In this document: piece by piece, positions 45,539 through 53,383 of the stretch
Numbering within the stretch: the stretch's first letter is position 1
Layout of the letters: each line of letters begins with the position of its first letter
Assembly (NCBI GenBank): GCA_029098265.1
Contig: JAQXNZ010000158.1
Span: 1-53,383 of the forward strand
Direction: 5' to 3'
DNA from: Clostridia bacterium
GTDB lineage: Bacteria; Bacillota; Clostridia; Lachnospirales; Anaerotignaceae
DNA: 53,383 bases
Notes under the pieces: model-generated
Told to the model about the DNA's origin: nothing
Seen by the model: only the letters and a program-made list of their open reading frames with translations
Databases searched by the model: none
Made by a program: the position numbers and the translations under genes

Positions 45539-46341
45539 GCAAACTGTTGAAATATGAATTTAAGGCAACGGGAAGAATATTCCTGCCTTTATACGGGGCA
45601 CTGCTCATTATTTCGGTTTTGGAAAGAATATACATGGGCTTTACAACAAACCACATGGACACTATTGTCTCCACCATTTTAGGCGCTATATTGCCGACGC
45701 TTTTCGGAGCTATAATCGTGGCTATGTTCGTAGTTACATTTATTATGATGATACAGAGATTTTATAAAAACCTGTTGGGCAGAGAGGGATATCTGATGTT
45801 CACTCTCCCTGTCAGTACATCGGGACTTATATGGAGCAAGCTTATTGCGGTTGTTGTATGGACAATACTCAGCATTATAGCCGCAGTACTGGCATTCGGC
45901 ATCATATTTTTGAATATGAGCGATGTTTCAGCTATATTCGGGCAGGTCGGAGATTTAGTTTGCAAGGTATTCGGTATAGGCTGGGGAGGAGCGGCTGTTG
46001 AGGCTGTCATACTCATTCTTGCCATATTCGTATCGGGAATCCTCTGCGTATATCTTTCACTGGCAATAGGGCAACTTTCAAGCAAACGCAAAATACTCTG
46101 CGCAGTAGGCGCATATATCGGTATTAACGTAATTATCAACAATGTTATTCTTGCAATAATTGCAGGTATAGGTGATATGGAATTGTTCCAAAATGCCGTT
46201 GCCGCCGCTCTGCACGGTATGTCGGAAATACAGATTACAAATATAGTTATGATAGGATTTATATTATTCTTTGTAATACAGGCGGTGGTATACTTCCTCA
46301 TTACAAGATACCTGCTTACTAAAAAGTTAAATCTTGAATAA
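45532..46341 (+). CDS. ABC exporter permease
   Basis: MLSKLLKYE, 6 TM segments, GYLMFTLPV..LI.SK. Confidence 0.88.
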   Translation: MLSKLLKYEFKATGRIFLPLYGALLIISVLERIYMGFTTNHMDTIVSTILGAILPTLFGAIIVAMFVVTFIMMIQRFYKNLLGREGYLMFTLPVSTSGLIWSKLIAVVVWTILSIIAAVLAFGIIFLNMSDVSAIFGQVGDLVCKVFGIGWGGAAVEAVILILAIFVSGILCVYLSLAIGQLSSKRKILCAVGAYIGINVIINNVILAIIAGIGDMELFQNAVAAALHGMSEIQITNIVMIGFILFFVIQAVVYFLITRYLLTKKLNLE

Positions 46342-46376
46342 GAGACACAGCGGATAAATATTTAAATAAAGCTCAA

Positions 46377-46420
46377 AATAAAACAGCCGAGAAACTTATA
46401 ATTTTCCCGGCTGTTTTATT
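46377..46420. terminator. Bidirectional terminator
   Basis: AATAAAACAGCCG..CGGCTGTTTTATT between convergent genes. Confidence 0.85.
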
Positions 46421-46449
46421 ATGGGTAAAACTGTTATTATGTTTTCTGA

Positions 46450-47547
46450 TTATACGTTGAATCTGAAAAGAACAACGTCTCCGTCTTTAACGACATATTC
46501 CTTACCTTCGGAACGAACAAGTCCCTGCTCCTTGGCGGCGTTGTAGGAGCCAAGGCTCATAAGGTCATCATAGCTTACAACCTCGGCACGGATAAAGCCT
46601 CTCTCAAAATCACTGTGTATTTTTCCTGCGGCACCGGGAGCTTTAGTTCCCTTTTTGATTGTCCATGCTCTGGACTCTGTGGGGCCAGCCGTAAGATAGC
46701 TGATAAGGCCGAGAAGCTTGTAGCTGGCGGAAATAAGACGGTCAAGACCACTGGAGCCGACACCCATATCCGCAAGGAACTCCTTCTTTTCATCATCATC
46801 AAGCTCGGCAATTTCTTCCTCTATTTTAGCGCAGAGTACAAATACCTCTGAGCCCTCTGCAGCAGCATATTCTCTTACTTTTTTAACATAATCGTTGTTT
46901 TCTCCGTCATCGGCAAGGTCATCTTCGCCTACGTTTGCGGCATAAAGAACGGGCTTTGCGGTGAGCAGTGTAAGGCTGTTTACAAACTCAATGTCATCGG
47001 GGTCATCAAATTCAATAAGACGGGCAACTTTGCCTTCTTCAAGTCCTTGTTTGAGCTTTTCGAGAATAACAAGCTCTTTTTTGAGACTCTTGTCACCCTG
47101 GGCAGCCTTGGCTGTTTTGGCAATTCTTCTCTCGAGTATTTCAAGGTCGGAGAATATAAGCTCAAGATTTATTGTCTCTATATCTCTGACGGGGTCAACG
47201 GAGCCGTCTACATGTACGACATTGCTGTCCTCAAAACAGCGGACAACATGAACAATGGCGTCTACCTCTCTGATATGTGATAAAAACTTGTTGCCGAGAC
47301 CCTCGCCCTTGCTGGCGCCTTTTACAAGGCCGGCAATGTCAACAAATTCAATGACAGCAGGCGTTATTTTTGCTGAATTATATAATTTGGCAAGGTTGTC
47401 AACTCTCTCATCGGGAACCGCTACGATACCAACATTGGGGTCTATGGTGCAGAAGGGATAGTTGGCGGCCTCGGCCTTTCCCGAGGTCATAGAATTAAAA
47501 AGGGTGCTCTTTCCTACATTGGGAAGGCCCACGATACCAAGTTTCAT
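46450..47547 (-). CDS. ychF: Ribosome-binding ATPase YchF
   Basis: GIVGLPNVGKSTLFN, NYPFCTI, DIAGLV.GAS.GEGLGN.FL, AG.IHSDFE.GFI. Confidence 0.98.
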   Translation of the reverse strand: MKLGIVGLPNVGKSTLFNSMTSGKAEAANYPFCTIDPNVGIVAVPDERVDNLAKLYNSAKITPAVIEFVDIAGLVKGASKGEGLGNKFLSHIREVDAIVHVVRCFEDSNVVHVDGSVDPVRDIETINLELIFSDLEILERRIAKTAKAAQGDKSLKKELVILEKLKQGLEEGKVARLIEFDDPDDIEFVNSLTLLTAKPVLYAANVGEDDLADDGENNDYVKKVREYAAAEGSEVFVLCAKIEEEIAELDDDEKKEFLADMGVGSSGLDRLISASYKLLGLISYLTAGPTESRAWTIKKGTKAPGAAGKIHSDFERGFIRAEVVSYDDLMSLGSYNAAKEQGLVRSEGKEYVVKDGDVVLFRFNV

Positions 47548-47748
47548 AAGTGTTTCGTCCTTTCTTATTTTCGGCGTGCAAAAAAATGCAGGCTGAACTT
47601 TCGGTGTTTTTAAATATATACCCTATGTAAAGGGCTTTTATCTAACAAGTATATCACAAATTTTAATAAGTACAAATAGATTTTGAAATATAAAACGCCT
47701 TTTGTGAATATATTACCTCTGGAGAATATGTACCAAGGAGGAGATAAT

Positions 47749-48843
47749 TTGCAGAGGTGGAGCTTCAATTACAGGCTTTTTATTAAAAAGAATATGACGG
47801 GACTGCTGGCGGCCTCCGTTTTTGCAGTAGCCGCTGCGGCATGGGACAACGGTCTCATGCTTAAAAGTGTTGCTCTGGCGGAGGTGCTGCCCGACGGCCG
47901 TATGACAGTAGGTACGCTGGCGGAAATATATGATAAAGAAAAGGAAATAAAGGTAGTAACCGAGAAAAAAAGAGGTGTTAAGGAGGATAAGGAGTATAAC
48001 AATGAAGAAAACAATGAGGAAAAAAAGACCGTTGACCCCGGAAAGCTGTTTGTTATGAGCGAGGAAGAAAAAAAGCTGTATTCCGATACAAACTATCTTA
48101 AGAAAAATTTTTACATAGTGGACTCTAGGACGGCCGTGCTGGACGGGGAACTCAACGGAGAAAAATTCATAAATACGGACTTTTCCATAGATACCGAAGG
48201 TGACGGGCCGAAGATACTGATATTTCACACCCATTCCCACGAAAGCTTTGCCGACAGCAATATGGCTATAGGTAAGGAGGAGGGGATAGTCGGCACAGGC
48301 GAATACCTTAAGGAAATACTGGAAAACGAATACGGCATAGAGACACTGCACTGCACCGAAAGCTTTGACTATGTGGACTCCAGAATGACAACAACGGGCG
48401 CATACGAAAGAATGGAGCCTGCCATTGAGCAGATACTGGCGGACAACCCCTCCATAGAGATAGCTATAGACCTGCACAGAGACGGCGTTACAGACGAAAC
48501 AAAAAAGCTGGTGACCGAAATTAACGGAAAGACCACGGCGCAGATAATGTTTTTCAACGGACTGTGCAGAATATACGAAAACGGTAATCTGGTTCCTGCG
48601 GAAGGGCTGGACAATCCCTATCTGGAAGAAAATCTGGCCTTCAGCTTTACGATGAAATATGCAGGGGATAAGCTGTATCCGGGATTTGTAAGAAGAAACT
48701 ATCTCAATGCATACCGCTACAGCCTGAATATGCTGCCGAAGTCTCTGCTGGTGGAGGTGGGAGCACAGAATAACACAAAGGAGGAAGCCATGAACGCTAT
48801 GGAACCGCTGGCGGAAATACTTGTAAGTGTCATAAACAAATAG
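47749..48843 (+). CDS. spoIIP: Stage II sporulation protein P (engulfment amidase family)
   Basis: N-terminal TM segment, IFHTHSHES, IDLHRD, LLVEVG..NT..EA.N; TTG start 47749 after AGGAGG (track start 47683). Confidence 0.88.
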   Translation: MQRWSFNYRLFIKKNMTGLLAASVFAVAAAAWDNGLMLKSVALAEVLPDGRMTVGTLAEIYDKEKEIKVVTEKKRGVKEDKEYNNEENNEEKKTVDPGKLFVMSEEEKKLYSDTNYLKKNFYIVDSRTAVLDGELNGEKFINTDFSIDTEGDGPKILIFHTHSHESFADSNMAIGKEEGIVGTGEYLKEILENEYGIETLHCTESFDYVDSRMTTTGAYERMEPAIEQILADNPSIEIAIDLHRDGVTDETKKLVTEINGKTTAQIMFFNGLCRIYENGNLVPAEGLDNPYLEENLAFSFTMKYAGDKLYPGFVRRNYLNAYRYSLNMLPKSLLVEVGAQNNTKEEAMNAMEPLAEILVSVINK

Positions 48844-48930
48844 TATACAGCTCAAAAAATTTACGGAATTTACCGATGCTCGGTATTTTTGCACTGCATA
48901 ATATATTGTTCCTTACGGCAAAATGTCTGT

Positions 48931-49317
48931 ATGATATACAGATTTGTTTTATACGGACTTTTGGGCTGGGGAATGGAAATACTTTGGACAGGCATAAACA
49001 GTATCAGAAAGGGCGACAAAACATTGAGGGGCACATCATCGCTGTGGATGTTTCCCATATACGGCGCAGGAATATTTATGGAGCCGATAGTCGACCTTAT
49101 CACAATGCTGCCGTGGACGGTTAGAGGGGTGACATATATGCTCTGCATATTTCTGGCAGAGTATGTCTCGGGAATGATTTTAAAAAAGTATTCTGCCTGT
49201 CCCTGGGACTACTCCCGCTGTGCCTATTCCGTGCAGGGTGTAGTACGGCTGGATTATGCGCCGCTTTGGTTTATAGTGGGACTGATGTATGAGTGGGTCT
49301 ACAGAACATTCATGTAA
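48931..49317 (+). CDS. Small membrane protein (putative ABC-permease/CmpB-like family)
   Basis: GWGME, WMFPIYG, EYVSG, PWDYS, G..RLDY.P.WF; start uncertain (48889 or 48931). Confidence 0.75.
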   Translation: MIYRFVLYGLLGWGMEILWTGINSIRKGDKTLRGTSSLWMFPIYGAGIFMEPIVDLITMLPWTVRGVTYMLCIFLAEYVSGMILKKYSACPWDYSRCAYSVQGVVRLDYAPLWFIVGLMYEWVYRTFM

Positions 49318-49530
49318 ATACGGTTGCAGACGGGAAACTATTTATAAATAAAGCCGATGATGAGGCATTAGGAAATGCCGCGACATAAACGGTAAATATA
49401 TAAAAAATTTGTAAGTTTTGTTTTTTAATAAATATTTAAATAATAACCTCTTTTATTTGTCGTATTTTGTATTTATAATGTACGGGTAAAGCTGTTCTTT
49501 TATAACAGGGAACAACAGCAAAGGAGAGGT

Positions 49531-51411
49531 TTGATTATGGCTGGAGATAAATCCGGAGACGGAAAAAACAATAAAGACAAAAAGCTGCTTATAGCGCTGG
49601 CAATAGCAGCTCTGGTGTTCACCCTGTGCCTGAACTATTTTGTGAGCAAAAAGTCAATGGCAGAGGTCTCCGAGGTAAAATACAGTGAATTTATAAATAT
49701 GCTGGATGAGGGTAAGATTGATGAAGTAAAGTTTGAAAACTCCACCATATACTTTACTCTCAAGGAGGACGGCGAAAGCGAGTTTGCGGCAAAGCCCCAG
49801 TACTTCACTGGTTATATAAACAATCCCGCTCTGCTTGAAAAGCTGGAGGAAGCGGGAGTAACCTATGACGCACCCGTCAGCAATACAAATCCCATTCTGA
49901 TGATGATAGTGGAACTGGTTGTGCCTATGCTGATTTTCTATGTTCTCTTTATGTTTGTAATGAGAATGTATATGAATAAAATGGGCGGCTTAGGCAAAAA
50001 CAATGCCAAGCTTTATCTCGAAAAGGATACGGGCGTTACCTTTGCCGATGTGGCAGGCGAGGAGGAAGCAAAGGAGTCTTTAAGGGAGATTGTGGACTTT
50101 CTGCACAGACCTGAAAAATATACGGCTATAGGTGCGAAGCTACCCAGAGGAGCACTGCTTGTGGGACCTCCGGGAACGGGAAAAACGCTTTTGGCAAAGG
50201 CTGTGGCAGGAGAAGCCAAGGTTCCTTTTTATTCTCTTTCGGGTTCAAGCTTTGTGGAGATGTTTGTCGGCATGGGTGCTTCGAGGGTCAGAGACCTTTT
50301 TAAGGACGCAGTCAGCCATGCACCCTGTATAATATTTATAGACGAGATAGACGCCGTAGGAAAAAGCCGTGAAAGCGGCTTGGGCGGCAATGACGAAAGG
50401 GAGCAGACATTGAACCAGCTTTTAAGCGAGATGGACGGCTTTGACGTAACCAAGGGAATAGTTGTCATAGGTGCGACAAACAGACCCGAGGTGCTGGACG
50501 AGGCACTTTTAAGACCCGGGCGCTTTGACAGAAGAGTGGTAGTAGACAGACCCGACCTTAAGGGCAGAGAGGATATATTAAAGGTACACCTTAAGGACGT
50601 CAAAACCGAGGACGACATAGATGTAAAGCAGTTTGCACTGGGAACATCAGGCTGTGCGGGCGCAGATATAGCTAACATGGTAAACGAAGCCGCACTTAGA
50701 GCTGTAAGAGAAGGCAGAGAAAAAGTGGCGCAAAGCGACCTGATGGAGGCCATTGAGCTTGTGATAGCCGGAAAAGAGAAAAAGGACAGGATAATGACCG
50801 AAAAGGAAAAGAGAATAGTCGCTTATCACGAGGTAGGTCATGCCCTTGCCATTGCCATGCAGAAGAATACTCAGCCCGTGCAGAAAATAACGATAGTGCC
50901 AAGAACAATGGGCTCTTTGGGATATACAATACAGATGCCCGAGGAAGAACACTATCTTATGACTAAAGACGAGATATACGAGCAGATAGTAACACTGCTG
51001 GCGGGACGTTCTGCCGAGGAGATAATATTCGGCACGGTAACAACGGGAGCCGCCAATGATATAGAAAGAGCCACGGAAATGGCCAGAGCAATGGTGACAC
51101 GCTTCGGCATGAGCGAGGAATTTGACATGATGGCGCTGGAAAAGGAGGGCAGTGCCTACCTTAACGGAAGAATGTCCTTGATTTGCTCCGATGATACAGG
51201 GTCAAAGGCCGATGCGGAGGTGCTTGAAATAATAAAGGAATGCCATAAAAGAGCCTCCGATATACTTAAGCAAAACATAGACGTACTGCATAAGGCAGCG
51301 GATTTCCTCATAGAACAGGAGACAATAACAGGAGAAAAGTTCATGGAAATACTTAATGCGGTCAAAGCAGAGCAGACAGCCGATGAAAATTCGGAGGCGA
51401 TAACGGAATAA
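49531..51411 (+). CDS. ftsH: ATP-dependent zinc metalloprotease FtsH (likely a second paralog)
   Basis: Two TM segments, GPPGTGKT, IIFIDE, ALLRPGRFDR, HEVGH zinc motif. Confidence 0.95.
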   Translation: MIMAGDKSGDGKNNKDKKLLIALAIAALVFTLCLNYFVSKKSMAEVSEVKYSEFINMLDEGKIDEVKFENSTIYFTLKEDGESEFAAKPQYFTGYINNPALLEKLEEAGVTYDAPVSNTNPILMMIVELVVPMLIFYVLFMFVMRMYMNKMGGLGKNNAKLYLEKDTGVTFADVAGEEEAKESLREIVDFLHRPEKYTAIGAKLPRGALLVGPPGTGKTLLAKAVAGEAKVPFYSLSGSSFVEMFVGMGASRVRDLFKDAVSHAPCIIFIDEIDAVGKSRESGLGGNDEREQTLNQLLSEMDGFDVTKGIVVIGATNRPEVLDEALLRPGRFDRRVVVDRPDLKGREDILKVHLKDVKTEDDIDVKQFALGTSGCAGADIANMVNEAALRAVREGREKVAQSDLMEAIELVIAGKEKKDRIMTEKEKRIVAYHEVGHALAIAMQKNTQPVQKITIVPRTMGSLGYTIQMPEEEHYLMTKDEIYEQIVTLLAGRSAEEIIFGTVTTGAANDIERATEMARAMVTRFGMSEEFDMMALEKEGSAYLNGRMSLICSDDTGSKADAEVLEIIKECHKRASDILKQNIDVLHKAADFLIEQETITGEKFMEILNAVKAEQTADENSEAITE

Positions 51412-51419
51412 AGCATAAG

Positions 51420-51448
51420 GAGAGATGTGCGGGCGCATCTCTCTTTTT
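51420..51448 (+). terminator. Terminator after ftsH
   Basis: GAGAGATG.GC-GG-GC.CATCTCTC-TTTT. Confidence 0.75.
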
Positions 51449-51583
51449 ATCAGGCATAAAGTGGCAACAAATATTTATAAAAATTACTATTTTTTTAGTG
51501 CATTATGCAGAAATTTGTTATATAATCATAATCAGATAATTATATTTATTATCATATTAATTTAAAATCAGGGGGAAAGCGCT

Positions 51584-53383
51584 ATGAAAAAGACCACTTT
51601 TACGGCTCTTACCGTTGCTATATGCACGGCGGCTTCAACAGTGAGCTACGGAGCTGTATTTTCAGATATAGGCAGTAATTTGAAATGGGCCGAAAGCTAT
51701 ATAAACAGTGTATATGACAGCGGCCTTATGGTCGGTGACTATAACAGCAGGGGACAGAGAGTGTTCAGAGGCACCGAAAATATGACATATTCGGAGGCAG
51801 CACAGCTTATATATTCCATGACGATTAAATCAGGCTTTTCAAGTGATGTAACACAGATGAGCATAAACAGATATTCTATGGAAATGTCGGGAGAGGGTAT
51901 AGCCGACTGGGCAACAAAGGCCGTTGCCTTCTGTATGGAGAAGGGCATTGTCAACTCCTATGACCTAACAAAATTTAAGGACGGCGGAAAAGACGTAAAA
52001 ATATCAAGAGAGGACATGAATGTTTTCTTCGGCAGAGCCCTTGCCTTAAGCTACAGCCTTTCAACGGGCACATCGCTGACCTTTGCCGACACATCAAGCA
52101 TTTCAGCCTCGGCAAAGCCCTATGTGGAGCTTTTGAATAAGCTCGGAGTAGTAACGGGAGACAATTACAACAAATTCAATCCCAAGAATAATATAACAAG
52201 GGCAGAGGTGGCTGTAATGGCCTCCAAGACCTATGACCTTATGAAGAAAAAGGTTGTTACAAATACCGAGTCGGGATATACACAGACATCGGGAACAGTC
52301 GTATCTCTCTATGAGCAGAACGGCACATGGGTGCTCAGGCTTACAACTCCCGACGGAGTGGCAGGCTTTGTGCTTACCGATTCAACATTGGTATTTAATA
52401 ACGCAAGCAATAACGTAGGACCTTATGGTCTTGGTCTGGGCGATGCGGTAACCGTATATCATTCCGATGCTTCGATAGCTAAGGTCATGATAACAAAGGA
52501 CGTAAATGTTGACCCTAATCAGGTAAATACTCCTCAGTTCAATTCCACATATAAGGACAAAGGCGAGCTTATAAGCGCAGGAGAGTATAAAATAGGTATT
52601 ATCGACAAGCACGGCGACAGAGTATATTATGTTGTTGCAAAAGACGCTGACATAACACTCAACGGAAAGACAGCCACTCTCAGACAGCTTTCCGACCGCA
52701 TAAAGGGGGATGCCCTTGTTGAGGTAACGGTGGAAATGAATTCATCTACACAGGAAGCCTATAAAGTAACGGCTGTAGAAGAAAAATACTCCAGCGCCAC
52801 AGAGGGTAGAATTACAAATATCAATAATAGGGAAATAAGCATTAAGTCAGGCTCAAAGAGCTATAAGTACAGCCTTGCTGATTCTGTTACAGTAAAATAT
52901 AACGGAAGCACAAGCAGTGTAAGCGGTCTGATAAGCAAGTTTGATGACCTTACAGGAAGCAAATATATCGATGTAGAGCTGACACTGGACAAAGATAAAG
53001 AGGTAACAAAGATTGTTGCAGAGGCAAGCAACTATAAAGAGGACGACGATAAGGATTATAGCGGAGATATCAAGAGCATAACAAGCAGTAAAATAAAAGT
53101 CGGCTCTAAGGAATATACAGTTGCCAATAATGTTAAGGTTGATATTAAGATAGGCAGAGACAGCATTGATGATTATGATGACCTTAAGGATATTTTCAAT
53201 GGCAGAGATGTAACCGTAAAGGTAGACATTACCGTAAAGAGCAGTGAGGTTACAAGAATAGAGGGCTATGTTTCCGAGGCAAGGGGAGAACTTGATTTTA
53301 TGACCGTTACAAACAGCTCATACCCCAGAGGAAGAATGGGACTTGATGTTGACGGATACGGACAGGTAGAATTCTCCTTTGAC
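51584..53383 (+). CDS. S-layer homology (SLH) surface protein, 3'-truncated by the window end
   Basis: Open from ATG 51584 (GGGGG RBS) to the window end, 600 codons by my reading; signal peptide, SLH-like motifs (FSDI..WA, G.MVG, FAD..I, GVVTG..FNPKNNITRAEVA), then beta-rich repeats; not in the ORF track. Confidence 0.9.
   Translation, partial: MKKTTFTALTVAICTAASTVSYGAVFSDIGSNLKWAESYINSVYDSGLMVGDYNSRGQRVFRGTENMTYSEAAQLIYSMTIKSGFSSDVTQMSINRYSMEMSGEGIADWATKAVAFCMEKGIVNSYDLTKFKDGGKDVKISREDMNVFFGRALALSYSLSTGTSLTFADTSSISASAKPYVELLNKLGVVTGDNYNKFNPKNNITRAEVAVMASKTYDLMKKKVVTNTESGYTQTSGTVVSLYEQNGTWVLRLTTPDGVAGFVLTDSTLVFNNASNNVGPYGLGLGDAVTVYHSDASIAKVMITKDVNVDPNQVNTPQFNSTYKDKGELISAGEYKIGIIDKHGDRVYYVVAKDADITLNGKTATLRQLSDRIKGDALVEVTVEMNSSTQEAYKVTAVEEKYSSATEGRITNINNREISIKSGSKSYKYSLADSVTVKYNGSTSSVSGLISKFDDLTGSKYIDVELTLDKDKEVTKIVAEASNYKEDDDKDYSGDIKSITSSKIKVGSKEYTVANNVKVDIKIGRDSIDDYDDLKDIFNGRDVTVKVDITVKSSEVTRIEGYVSEARGELDFMTVTNSSYPRGRMGLDVDGYGQVEFSFD

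Noticed and set aside
47713-48894. 393-aa antisense ORF opposite spoIIP
   Set aside because: It fully shadows a recognisable gene, has no RBS or motif, and has a composition typical of reverse-frame read-through

Overview
A 53.4-kb core-chromosome segment from a spore-forming, low-GC Firmicute of Clostridia type (spoIIP, T-box-controlled valS, SLH protein, ylm cluster). There are about 50 coding regions and no rRNA, tRNA, CRISPR array, integrase or intact transposase that I could see. The left third is one long co-directional run: HlyD-like, yggS, sepF, yggT, ylmH, aroB, lspA, rluD, pyrB-like, pyrC-like, smc, ftsY, tfoX-like, tauE, merR. The strongest anomaly is the pyrB/pyrC pair. Both ORFs are full length and overlap each other, yet both have lost canonical active-site residues: ATCase STRT->SARA, HPxQ->NPGQ, RxQ->RIG, HPxP->HPGQ; DHOase HxHxR->HCTIC, TDHAPH->SGHMPT. 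There is no pyrR or attenuator, and the pair runs straight into smc. This suggests a repurposed or doubly inactive ATCase/DHOase-like complex. A second candidate system is a polar amino-acid ABC importer co-transcribed with a CntK-like (histidine racemase type) enzyme, without cntL/cntM and with a HisR-like box in its promoter. Other points: a two-gene SufC/SufB-like minimal Fe-S system, a Crp/Fnr regulator with a candidate operator facing a ferredoxin-like gene, two fold-II PLP enzymes in tandem, an incomplete ars cluster with a frameshifted acr3, and an SLH surface protein truncated by the window edge and missing from the ORF track. All family calls come from motif recognition by eye, not from database searches.
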